The position numbers were made by a program, and so were the translations under genes. Positions 18,020-26,955 of a stretch of DNA of 64,000 nt are shown piece after piece. The stretch is taken from assembly GCA_041483195.1 (NCBI GenBank), contig JBGPFC010000023.1, positions 1-64,000 of the forward strand, in the 5' to 3' direction. A model generated the notes under the pieces. The model ran no database searches and had not been told where the DNA came from. It saw only the letters and a program-made list of their open reading frames with translations. This stretch comes from Candidatus Eiseniibacteriota bacterium. GTDB lineage: Bacteria; Eisenbacteria; RBG-16-71-46. Numbering within the stretch: position 1 is the stretch's first letter; every line of letters begins with the position of its first letter.

Positions 18020-18097
18020 TCGCGCGAGGAATCGCGCGGCACTCGCGCGCTGCTCCTCGCGATCACCCCGCTCCCCCGCCGGCGGCGCCGCGCGCGG

Positions 18098-21010
18098 TCA
18101 GCGGACGACAACCGCCGGCCGCACCCGCGTGCGGCCCGACTGCGTGAGGCGGAGCCAGTACACTCCGGCCGGCGCGCGGCCGGCCTCATCGAGCGCGACC
18201 ACATGCCGCCCGGCGCCCAGCGCGCCGATCTCGCGCGCGAGGACGCGGCGCCCGCTCACGTCGATCATCTCGAGCGTAGCGGGCGCATCTCCCGTCAGCG
18301 TGAGCGCGACGCGCAGGTCGTCGCCGGCGGGGTTGGGGCGCAGGCCTTCGAGAGCGAGGGCGAGTCCCACGGGCACCAGAACCCAGCTCGCGTCGCTCGT
18401 GCGCTCCACCCCCGACTCGGTCCACGCGAGCCGGTACGCGTAGCGCACCCCCGGCTCGACGGCCCGGTCTTCGAACCGCAGTCGCCCGGTGCCGTCGAAG
18501 GTCCCGCTGCCGAGCGCGGTCCAGCCCTCGCCATCGCGGCGCCGGTTCACGTTGGCACCCGCGAGATCGCCATCTCCGCGATACCACGTGAGCGTCACCC
18601 GATCCGACAGCGCCTCGGCGCTCACCAGCGACAGCAGCGCCGGCGTCGTGCCATTCACGCAGTTCACGGCTACCCGGCAGGTGTCGTAGGCGCTGGGAAT
18701 CGCCGGGTCCCACGTGATGAATCGCACGAGGGAGGACGCACCGGTGCACGCGCCCGGCGGATGCAGGGTCGCCGCGACGATCAGCGTCCCGCCGTTCGCG
18801 CCCAGCGTCTGCGAGCCCGAGGCGGCGGGCGTCGCGCCCGAGAGCCAACCGGCATCATCGATGACCCGCCACGCTAGCGGCGTATCGAAATTACCGCCGT
18901 TCGTGAGCACAAACTGCAGCACCGTGTCCCTCCCGGCCGGTATCGCGCCTCCCGGCGGGCAGCTCGCGGTCATGTTGAAGATGGATGGATCCACGAACAC
19001 GTCGGGGCTGCCGAGACGCGCGTCGGGGAAGCACGGGTAGACGCGATCGCCTTCGGATGCGATCTGCACGTAGTCGCCGTGATTCGCGCCAGAGCACGAC
19101 GCCATGAACCCCCAGTACGACGAAACGTCGCTGATCCGGCGGTTCGCTCCCCAGGTCACCCCGCCGTCGCCCGAAGACGTCATGTAGTCGTCGGAGAGAT
19201 CGCCGCAGACCGGATCCGAGCGCCAGTCGAGCCAGAAGCAATGCACTCGGCCGCGGCCATCGACCGTCACCGAGGGAAAACAGCCATCGAACCCGGGATC
19301 GCTGTCGTTCAGTCGCACCGGCGCGCTCCAGCTCGCGCCATCGTCCGACCAGCACAGCATCTGGTCGCGCTCATCGCGGGCGATGTCGCCGGCCGTCGGC
19401 GTGTCGAAGGCGGTCGAGATCGCGTAGATGCCATTCGAGACCTGCTCCTGCGCATCCGGACCGATCCGGATGTAGTAGGTCCCGTCGTACGGCAGCCCGC
19501 AGACCGCTCCTCCCGACGAGAGCCCGGTGTAGACGAGCGAATGCCAGTTCGCGACCGTCGATGCGTCGTTCGAATTGGAACAGATGATCCGGAGTATGGA
19601 GCAACAGGTGGTGACCGTGTCCGGCCGCAGGACGAGCATCTGCCCGCGATGACCCGTGAACTTCCAGACGTCGATGTCGGTGGTGTTCAGGCTGCCGCGA
19701 ATCTTGCCGCCCGGGACGAACGAGTTGGCCGCCGCGAAGGTGTTGTTGGTTTCCTTCTCGAAAGCTGCGGTGTATGCGCCGAACGGCGCGTCCCGGAACT
19801 GCGCGGTCGCGTCGAACACGACGTAGGCACGCCCGCGATGCGGGCCGCCGGTCATGTCCACCGCCATCGCGGGATCGTCGCCGCCGAATCCGCGGCGCGA
19901 GCCTGGCCCTCCGCTGAAACCGTTGTACTCGTTCGTGGCGATGATGTGCTCCGGCCCGAAGGTCGCGCCGAAGTCGTTCGATCGCACGACGCGGTGGTCG
20001 GCCAGCGGCCCAGCGAACTGCACCGTGTAATCGGTCCACGGAATGTAGAGCTCGCCGCTCGGCCCCACCGTGGGGTAGCTGCCCTGGGGAGAGTAGTCGA
20101 GGTCGCCGCTGTTCGAGTGAATCACCTGCACCGGTCCGAGCGCGTTGAGGTTGGCGTCGCAGCGCTGGAGCTCGATCTGCCCGGTGTAGCCGTCGGCCTT
20201 GAAGTTGGTCCACGTCACGTAGACGTTGCCGCTCACCGAGTCGGCGGTCATCCACGGCTTGTCGAGAAAATCGTCGCCCTGCGCGAGCGCGATGTCGCGA
20301 CGCACGTCGATCACGAACGAGTCGGCTTCGAAATGCCCCTTGAGCGCCACCACCCCGGTAAAGAGCGCGCCGGCCCGGAGAATGCCCGAGATGTAGAAAG
20401 CGCCGGTCTTCCTGTTCACGGAAACGGTGGGGTCGCCGTGGAAGACTTGGTTGGTCGTCGGGCCGGCCAGCACCCCGCCGTCCTTGAATGTGGCGCCGTA
20501 GTTCGAGGAGTAGCCATGCCCCTGGGAGCCCCACACTCCGGGACCGAGGCAGCGCCATGCGTTGTCGTTGTAGCTGACGAGCACGTACCGGCCCCACACC
20601 GCGATCGTCGTCTCCGCCTGGCTCAATGGCAGGTTGTTGCACCCGCAGATGAGCGGCGTCGGGCTGTTGACCCCGACGTCCGCAGCGAGGTACGGCGGCT
20701 GCGCCAGCGGGCGGAATTCGGAAGCGGGGGCGATGGCGTCTCCCTCCGATGCCGCGAACGCCGCCTCCCGCAGCTGGCGCCTCTCGAGCGCGCGCTGGAC
20801 GTACCCGTTCGTCTTGAGCCCGCCCGCGTCCCAGATCTCGAGCATCAGCTCCTCGCCGGCGGGCGAGATCGGCGCGATCGCGCGACGCGGGGCGGGATCG
20901 GAGGCGGCGGTCGGCGCCGCCAGGCACGGGAACAGCATGCACGCCGCGAGGATCGACAGCGCGGTGGGAATACGGAACGACGAGCGGAGCGATCGCGACG
21001 GTCGCAGCAT
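18098..21010 (-). CDS. Secreted sialidase-like (BNR/Asp-box) beta-propeller protein with PPC-like insert and T9SS-like CTD
   Basis: Signal peptide; Asp-boxes SSNYGATF, SNDFGATF, SDDGASW, SGDGGVTW; 'DKPWM'; PPC-like 'EKETNNT...DIDVWKF...GTYYIRI'; tail 'PNP...PAGVYWLRL'. Confidence 0.75.
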   Translation of the reverse strand: MLRPSRSLRSSFRIPTALSILAACMLFPCLAAPTAASDPAPRRAIAPISPAGEELMLEIWDAGGLKTNGYVQRALERRQLREAAFAASEGDAIAPASEFRPLAQPPYLAADVGVNSPTPLICGCNNLPLSQAETTIAVWGRYVLVSYNDNAWRCLGPGVWGSQGHGYSSNYGATFKDGGVLAGPTTNQVFHGDPTVSVNRKTGAFYISGILRAGALFTGVVALKGHFEADSFVIDVRRDIALAQGDDFLDKPWMTADSVSGNVYVTWTNFKADGYTGQIELQRCDANLNALGPVQVIHSNSGDLDYSPQGSYPTVGPSGELYIPWTDYTVQFAGPLADHRVVRSNDFGATFGPEHIIATNEYNGFSGGPGSRRGFGGDDPAMAVDMTGGPHRGRAYVVFDATAQFRDAPFGAYTAAFEKETNNTFAAANSFVPGGKIRGSLNTTDIDVWKFTGHRGQMLVLRPDTVTTCCSILRIICSNSNDASTVANWHSLVYTGLSSGGAVCGLPYDGTYYIRIGPDAQEQVSNGIYAISTAFDTPTAGDIARDERDQMLCWSDDGASWSAPVRLNDSDPGFDGCFPSVTVDGRGRVHCFWLDWRSDPVCGDLSDDYMTSSGDGGVTWGANRRISDVSSYWGFMASCSGANHGDYVQIASEGDRVYPCFPDARLGSPDVFVDPSIFNMTASCPPGGAIPAGRDTVLQFVLTNGGNFDTPLAWRVIDDAGWLSGATPAASGSQTLGANGGTLIVAATLHPPGACTGASSLVRFITWDPAIPSAYDTCRVAVNCVNGTTPALLSLVSAEALSDRVTLTWYRGDGDLAGANVNRRRDGEGWTALGSGTFDGTGRLRFEDRAVEPGVRYAYRLAWTESGVERTSDASWVLVPVGLALALEGLRPNPAGDDLRVALTLTGDAPATLEMIDVSGRRVLAREIGALGAGRHVVALDEAGRAPAGVYWLRLTQSGRTRVRPAVVVR

Positions 21011-21243
21011 GACCGATGCCCTCGATGGAGAACTTCGTGAGAGGCGACGTGGGGGGCGCCGACAGCTGAGAACGCCGTCAAGGATAGCGCTCCTGCCCCG
21101 CGCCGACAGCAGGAAAACGCTCGGCCGCCCGTTGAAGCCGGCCCGGGAGGACGCGCTTCAGTCGCTCACGTTCCGCGCCGATGCTTCATGGACTGCCGCC
21201 GTGGGGGCCGCGCCCGCCACCAGCAGACACGGGAGCCTCGAAG

Positions 21244-21645
21244 ATGGTCAACGCACGACCGATCCATGCGCGTCTCGGCGCGCTCTGCATGCTTCTGGTC
21301 CTGGCGTGTGGATGCGCCACCGCGGGCGGGGCCGTCGCGACCGGACGTGCGGCGACGGAGACGGGCATCGCCTCCTACTACGGGCGCGAGTATCACGGCC
21401 GGCGGACGGCGAGCGGCGAGGTCTACGATCGGAACCGGTTGACCGCCGCGCACCCGCGGCTCCCCTTCGGAAGCCACGTGCGCGTGACCAACCTCGCCAA
21501 CGGAAAGAGCGTGGTGGTCACGATCACCGACCGCGGCCCGTTCACGGGGCGCCGGATCATCGACCTCTCCTACCGGGCGGCGCGGGAGCTGGACTTCGTG
21601 CGCGAGGGCACCGCACGTGTCCGGGTCGTCGCGTTGGGCGACTGA
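21244..21645 (+). CDS. rlpA: RlpA-family DPBB lytic transglycosylase lipoprotein (no SPOR domain)
   Basis: Lipobox-like 'LACGC'; 'GIASYYG', 'TASGE', 'TAAH', 'DRGPF', 'IIDLS'. Confidence 0.85.
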   Translation: MVNARPIHARLGALCMLLVLACGCATAGGAVATGRAATETGIASYYGREYHGRRTASGEVYDRNRLTAAHPRLPFGSHVRVTNLANGKSVVVTITDRGPFTGRRIIDLSYRAARELDFVREGTARVRVVALGD

Positions 21646-21740
21646 TCCCGGGCGCTCGCCCACGAGAGCGGACCCGGAGCTGAAAATGCAATAATTGCCT
21701 CCCCCACAATCGGACCTTCCGACCGTTCGGGGGAGTACGC

Positions 21741-22391
21741 ATGAAATCCGCGTTGGTCCTGTGGTGCATGGTGCCGCTGAGCGCGCTGGTGATCCCGGCG
21801 TGCTCGCGAGATCAACCGACGGCTCCAAGGCTCCACGCCCTCTCGGGTCATGTGCGCCTGACCGGATATCTGGTCGACGCCGAGGGCCGTTTCGCGGGCA
21901 CGCGCGTCGTGGGCGACGCCGATGGCGTCGCGGTCGAGCTGGTCTACGGCGACCAGGTGATCGCCCGCACGCTCAGCGCGCACGGGGCGTACCGTTTTAC
22001 GGGGCTCGGCCCGGGCGGGTATTTCGCGCGGGCGCGCGTGATCGGGAGCATCGGAGACCGCACTCGGGTCGTGACGATCGCGGGCGCCGACATCACGGCC
22101 GGCGACACGCTGCGCATCGCCTCGCTCGGCGACATCTACCCCGTGCCGAATCCGAGCGCGCTATCGACCGACTTTTACTTCGTGCTGCGCGACACCGAAT
22201 ACGTCGACGTGCGCGTCATCGATGTCGCCGGCAACCTGGTCCGAAGCCTTCACGCCGACGAGATGTGGCCGGGTCAGCGGGTGGTCACCTGGGGCGGCAT
22301 CGATCAGCGGGGCCGCCCCGCGCCCCCGGGGCTCTACTGGGTCACGCTGGTGGCGGGCGACGACTATCGCGCCCAGCTGCTCTTCAGGTGA
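21741..22391 (+). CDS. Putative lipoprotein with prealbumin-like domain and FlgD-Ig-like C-terminus
   Basis: GGGGGAG RBS; 'LVIPA|C' lipobox; 'GAYRFTGLGPGGY'; 'PNP...WGGIDQRGRPAPPGLY'. Confidence 0.7.
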   Translation: MKSALVLWCMVPLSALVIPACSRDQPTAPRLHALSGHVRLTGYLVDAEGRFAGTRVVGDADGVAVELVYGDQVIARTLSAHGAYRFTGLGPGGYFARARVIGSIGDRTRVVTIAGADITAGDTLRIASLGDIYPVPNPSALSTDFYFVLRDTEYVDVRVIDVAGNLVRSLHADEMWPGQRVVTWGGIDQRGRPAPPGLYWVTLVAGDDYRAQLLFR

Positions 22392-22404
22392 TCGGAGTCG
22401 CCCG

Positions 22405-22436
22405 TCGCGGCCGCCTGCCGGGGCAGGCGGCCGCGA
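22405..22436. terminator. Hairpin between convergent genes
   Basis: TCGCGGCCGCCTGCC / GGCAGGCGGCCGCGA perfect inverted repeat between stops at 22391 and 22459. Confidence 0.65.
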
Positions 22437-22458
22437 GCGTTCACGCGCGGACCGCGGA

Positions 22459-25400
22459 CTACTCTGCGCGCAGCTTCACCAGCTTGGTCGTGAGCTCGCG
22501 CGACTCGGAGTGCAGCCGCACGAAATAGATTCCGATCGCCGCTTCGCGGCCGTCGCTCGCGCGTCCGTTCCACTCGAACAGGTGCTTGCCGGCCGCGAGC
22601 CTTCCGCGCACGAGCCGCCGCACCAGCCGTCCGCTCGCGTCGAACACTCCGAGGTCCACGCCCTCGGCGCGCGCCAGCGAGAATCCGATCGTCGATCCGC
22701 TGGTGAACGGATTCGGCGCGACGCGCAATCCCAGCACGTCTTCCGTACCCACATCGGTCACGCCGGTGACTTCCCCGTCCTCGTAGGTCGCCACGATCGG
22801 CGTGCCGCCGATGCGCTCGTATACGCCGTCTCCATCGGTGTCCGCCTCCAGCACGATCGTGTAGTAGGCGGCCGGATCGTAGCCGTTGGGCAGGCTCACC
22901 AGCGCTTCCAGGGTCGCAGGGGTACTGGCCGGATCGAGCGTGCCGCTCACGGGCTCGCCAGGGGGCAGGCCGTTGAGGCTCACCGCCAGCGGGTCCGGAT
23001 GCTCGGTCGGCTCGTACACCGGGATGATCCGATAGGGGATGCTGCCGGATCCGCCGCAGGGATGGCTGACGCCCCAGCCCACCGCGATTCCGACCACGCC
23101 CGGCATCAACCGGCCCGGCACGCTCACGAGTCCGGTCGTCGTGGAGATGGCGCACCAGCAGCTGTTGTCGGCGCGGATCGTACCCGGCCGCGCGATGCAG
23201 TTGCCGGTCGAGTCGTTCACCACCGTGAGCTGATAGCACGAGGTGGCATTCTGCGCCGTGAGCCCCGCCGGACGCTGGATGGTCACGCAGATGGGGGCCG
23301 AGCAGTTGCCGGGAGCGATCGTCACGACGCCGGTCGAAGGAGCGAACGAGGTTGGTCCTCCGACCGTGCAGCCGGGACCGATCGGCAGGCCCGCGATCGA
23401 CCAGTGATAGCTCTGCGCCACCGCCGAGGTGTTGCACACGTTGAAGCACATCGAGACCGAGGTCTGCCCGCTGCAGATGCTCGTCGCATCCGGCATCCGC
23501 AGGATGTCCGGGCACTTTCCGGCGGCGCCCGCGGCGTACAGGCTCTGCACGGTCTGCGCGGTGAGCGGCGCCGCGAAGATCTCGAGATCGTCGATGCACC
23601 CGTCGAACGCCGCCCCGAGCGGGAACGGCGGGCTGGTGTGCCCGATGTAGAGGTCGGAGCCGCTCTGCATCCCGCCCACCAGCGGCGTGAAGTTGTAGGC
23701 GGGCACCAGCACGCCGTTGAGGTACCAGCGTCCGGCGCCGCCGCGATCCACCGAGACCGCGATGTGATTCCACGTGCTCGCCGTCACGGTGGGCCCTGGC
23801 ACGATCTGCGTGGTGATGCCGATCCCCTGCTCGAGGTAGAGCTGCATGCCGTTGAAGTAGAGCGCCCATCCGCGCGTGCGATAAGGCGAGTTCGTGATCA
23901 GCACCCGCTTCTCCACCAGCATGCGCGGCCCGCTCGTGCCCGGATTCATCCGCACCCACGAGTCGATCGCGAACGAGATCGGGCCGAAGGAGAGCCCGAG
24001 CTGATTCGAGTTCGGCACCATCGCGTAGTCGAGCTCGCCCGGTATGCACAGCATCCGCCCGGTGTGTCCTCCGGCCGTGATGGCGGCGCCCCCGAACAGC
24101 TGCGCCACGTTCTTCGCGGGGCTCTGGTGCGTCACGTCCTGGCTCGAGGTGGAGCCCGCGGCTTCGTCGAACGGCCACCACGCCACCATGTTCGGCGGCG
24201 GCGCGACGCAGCCCCCGCCTCCCACGCCACACGTGTAGTTGCCGAAGTCGAGGCCGGCCAGCACCTGCCCGGCCGACACGGTCAACGGATAGCTGGAGCC
24301 GGGTGGCGCGGTCTGCACCCAGCCCGCCTGCAACTGCTCGGACAACGTGTAGGTCCCGGGCGGCACGTCCTGGAAGCAGTACTGGCCGTTGGCGTCCGTC
24401 GTCGCGGTGAAGGTGCCGCCGGTGCCGGTGAGCTGGATCGTCCAGCCGGGGAGCAGCGGCTCGCCGCCGTTCAGGATGCCGTTGTGATTCAGGTCGTTGA
24501 ATTTCTGCCCGCACACCGTGCCCACAGCGCCGGGACAGCTCACCACCTCGACGTCACCGATGAACGTCTTCTCGGTCGTCACCGGATTGCCGTCCGCGTC
24601 GACCAGGACGCTCGTGAGGTTGCTGCCGCCGGTGGGACGCAATCCCTGATAGCCGCTCAGGAAATCCGGATAGCCGGACGGGGGTGAGTGCATGATGTCG
24701 GCGCTCGCCCACGCCCGGCCCAGCACGCCGCTCACGTAGGGCCGCCGGTCGTAGTCCACCCCCCCGGCGCACAATTGCGGGTCGCCGGGAATGCCCACCG
24801 CGAAGATGTTCGGCGAAGGCAGCCAGCACCCGGCCGAGCACACGTACTCCAGCGCGCGCGCCTGGTGCGGAGTCGAGAAGGTCTCGTTGGTGATGCCGCG
24901 CTCGGCGAGCAGCATGGTGCCGCTCGCGGAGAAGCTGATGTCCGAGACCGGATTCGAGAAGTTCTGCGCGGGCAGAGGCGGGAGCCACACCTCGTGGCGA
25001 TCGCTGCTCGGATCGAAACCGCCACCGGGAAAGAGCGCGACGCTGCGGACCTCGTTCGACAGCGCGTTGCTCGGGGCGCCGCCGTCTTCGATCCACACGC
25101 CGTAGTACACGCGGTCGCCGTGCCACTGCACCCCCCACAGTCGTTCACCCAGCGGGGCCCATCCCGGCGTTCCATTGTCGGGCGCGAGCGGATCGAACGC
25201 CTGCACCACCGTGCCGGTGGGCCCGTTCACACCCGTGGCCTTGATGCGGTAGATGCGGCCGTCCTCGAGGTTCGTGACGAAGAACTGGGAGTGGCGGCAG
25301 TCGTACGTGATGTTGCCGAGACCCGGGAAGTTGGATCCGGGCGCGACGCTTCCGTCCGGCAGGTTCGGCAGCACGCAAAACGTCGTGATCTTGCCGGTGG

Positions 25401-26688
25401 TGGCGTCGATGCGAAAGACCGCGCCGGGCGCGGCGCCGAACACCTGGCCGATGTAGTCGAAGTTGTAGCACGAGCTGTGAGTGGCGAAGATGTTTCCGAA
25501 CTTGTCCACCGTGAGGCCGAACACCGAGCCCAGCGAATCCACGTTCCAGCTGTTGCCGGGGCCCAGGAAGCGGGTGATGGCGGCCCAGTCCTTGTCCTCG
25601 AGCGGCGAGGGGGGCGCGCTCCCCAGGTCGTAGACGGTGACGCAGTACGGGTACGGGCCGAACGCCTCCCGGGTGCCGACCATGAGATTGGACGAAAGCG
25701 GGGGATGCTCGACGCCGCTGAAGGTCGGCGCCTGCGTGCAGCACGTGTCGGGCGGACTGTCGCACTGCTCGCAGATCTGCGCGTTGCAGTCTCCGCCGAT
25801 GATGAACATGACCGGGTTGGTGTCGCCGTCGAGCGCGAGCACCTGCAGCGAGCCGATCGGCCCCAGGAAGTGCGTGTGACACGGCCCCGTCGTGATGTCG
25901 GTGTTCGACAGCCCGGGAAAGGCTGCGTTGCCCGCGGGGGTGAGCGCGGCGCCCGAGTAGTTGCAGCCGCCGATCTCCTGCAGTCCCGGAATCACGGAGG
26001 GCAGCCACTGGTTGAACGTCGCGGGCGGGTTGGCGAAGTCTTCCACCGTGGTGTGCGCCATCAGGCCGCCGCCCGAGTTGACGAACGCCGCGAGCGCCGC
26101 CGCGTTCGCGTTGATCACGTTCAACTCGGGCAGCTCGAGCTCGTTGTTCAGGTCTCCGTACCCGCTGCAGATCCAGATGACCGCCGGCTTCGCCGTGTTG
26201 CTCGCGAGGTCCGAGAAGAACTGGGCGACGCTGCCCGGTCCGCTCGCGCCGTTGTAGTAGTTGATGGTCTTGCCGAGCGCCACGCCGGCCGCGTAGTGAA
26301 TCGCCGAGCCGCCGTTGTCGCTGCTTCCCGCGCAGAACCCGCTGTCCGCGCCGACGTTGACGCCGGACACGCCGAGCGCCGCGATGCTCCCGTCGTTGGG
26401 CCGCGTGATGCAGCCCGACTGGAACATCTTGGTCATCGCCTTCTGGATGTAGAGCCATCCGTCCTGATTGGCTCCGAAGCCGTAGCAGCCGTGAAGCGGA
26501 AGATCGTCGCCGCCCAGGATCACAGGCCCCGCGTTCGACGCGCCGGCGGAGAACACCGCCAGCGGCGCGGCGAGCGCGAAAGCGACCCATCGCGCGACGC
26601 GGCCCCGCGGCACGATCGATGACGTGGGGGCGGCCGCGGGATCGGGACTCGGGGGCAGAGCGGGGGCGGTGCGAGGTGTGACGGGCAT
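22459..26688 (-). CDS. Large secreted multidomain protein (propeller, SdrD-B/Cna-B, LamG, T9SS-like CTD)
   Basis: GAGGA RBS before ATG 26688; signal peptide; SdrD-B 'GQKFNDLNHNG...GEP...TDANGQYCF...PGTYTLSE'; LamG 'VAWWPFDE...WNHIAV...FDGCIDDL'; tail 'APNPF...WNGR...GIYFVRL'. Confidence 0.8.
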   Translation of the reverse strand: MPVTPRTAPALPPSPDPAAAPTSSIVPRGRVARWVAFALAAPLAVFSAGASNAGPVILGGDDLPLHGCYGFGANQDGWLYIQKAMTKMFQSGCITRPNDGSIAALGVSGVNVGADSGFCAGSSDNGGSAIHYAAGVALGKTINYYNGASGPGSVAQFFSDLASNTAKPAVIWICSGYGDLNNELELPELNVINANAAALAAFVNSGGGLMAHTTVEDFANPPATFNQWLPSVIPGLQEIGGCNYSGAALTPAGNAAFPGLSNTDITTGPCHTHFLGPIGSLQVLALDGDTNPVMFIIGGDCNAQICEQCDSPPDTCCTQAPTFSGVEHPPLSSNLMVGTREAFGPYPYCVTVYDLGSAPPSPLEDKDWAAITRFLGPGNSWNVDSLGSVFGLTVDKFGNIFATHSSCYNFDYIGQVFGAAPGAVFRIDATTGKITTFCVLPNLPDGSVAPGSNFPGLGNITYDCRHSQFFVTNLEDGRIYRIKATGVNGPTGTVVQAFDPLAPDNGTPGWAPLGERLWGVQWHGDRVYYGVWIEDGGAPSNALSNEVRSVALFPGGGFDPSSDRHEVWLPPLPAQNFSNPVSDISFSASGTMLLAERGITNETFSTPHQARALEYVCSAGCWLPSPNIFAVGIPGDPQLCAGGVDYDRRPYVSGVLGRAWASADIMHSPPSGYPDFLSGYQGLRPTGGSNLTSVLVDADGNPVTTEKTFIGDVEVVSCPGAVGTVCGQKFNDLNHNGILNGGEPLLPGWTIQLTGTGGTFTATTDANGQYCFQDVPPGTYTLSEQLQAGWVQTAPPGSSYPLTVSAGQVLAGLDFGNYTCGVGGGGCVAPPPNMVAWWPFDEAAGSTSSQDVTHQSPAKNVAQLFGGAAITAGGHTGRMLCIPGELDYAMVPNSNQLGLSFGPISFAIDSWVRMNPGTSGPRMLVEKRVLITNSPYRTRGWALYFNGMQLYLEQGIGITTQIVPGPTVTASTWNHIAVSVDRGGAGRWYLNGVLVPAYNFTPLVGGMQSGSDLYIGHTSPPFPLGAAFDGCIDDLEIFAAPLTAQTVQSLYAAGAAGKCPDILRMPDATSICSGQTSVSMCFNVCNTSAVAQSYHWSIAGLPIGPGCTVGGPTSFAPSTGVVTIAPGNCSAPICVTIQRPAGLTAQNATSCYQLTVVNDSTGNCIARPGTIRADNSCWCAISTTTGLVSVPGRLMPGVVGIAVGWGVSHPCGGSGSIPYRIIPVYEPTEHPDPLAVSLNGLPPGEPVSGTLDPASTPATLEALVSLPNGYDPAAYYTIVLEADTDGDGVYERIGGTPIVATYEDGEVTGVTDVGTEDVLGLRVAPNPFTSGSTIGFSLARAEGVDLGVFDASGRLVRRLVRGRLAAGKHLFEWNGRASDGREAAIGIYFVRLHSESRELTTKLVKLRAE

Positions 26689-26955
26689 GGTGGAATCCTC
26701 GATCGTGCTCTCGTGTGCGGCGGCCAGCACGAGGCGTCGCCGGGAAACGGATCTCCCGGCACGGCGCGGATGGCGAGTCGGTGTGCAGGATGAGGGTAGC
26801 CGATCCGTCGCCGATGTTGGACGACAAATTCGAGCGCGCGTCGCTCGCGGCCCGGCGCGATCACGCGGCCTCCGGCTCCCGATCGCCTCGCGCCCCGCCC
26901 GGGCACGGGGTTCCGCATCCGGCGCAAATTCCGATACGATGCCGCGCCAGAGCCC

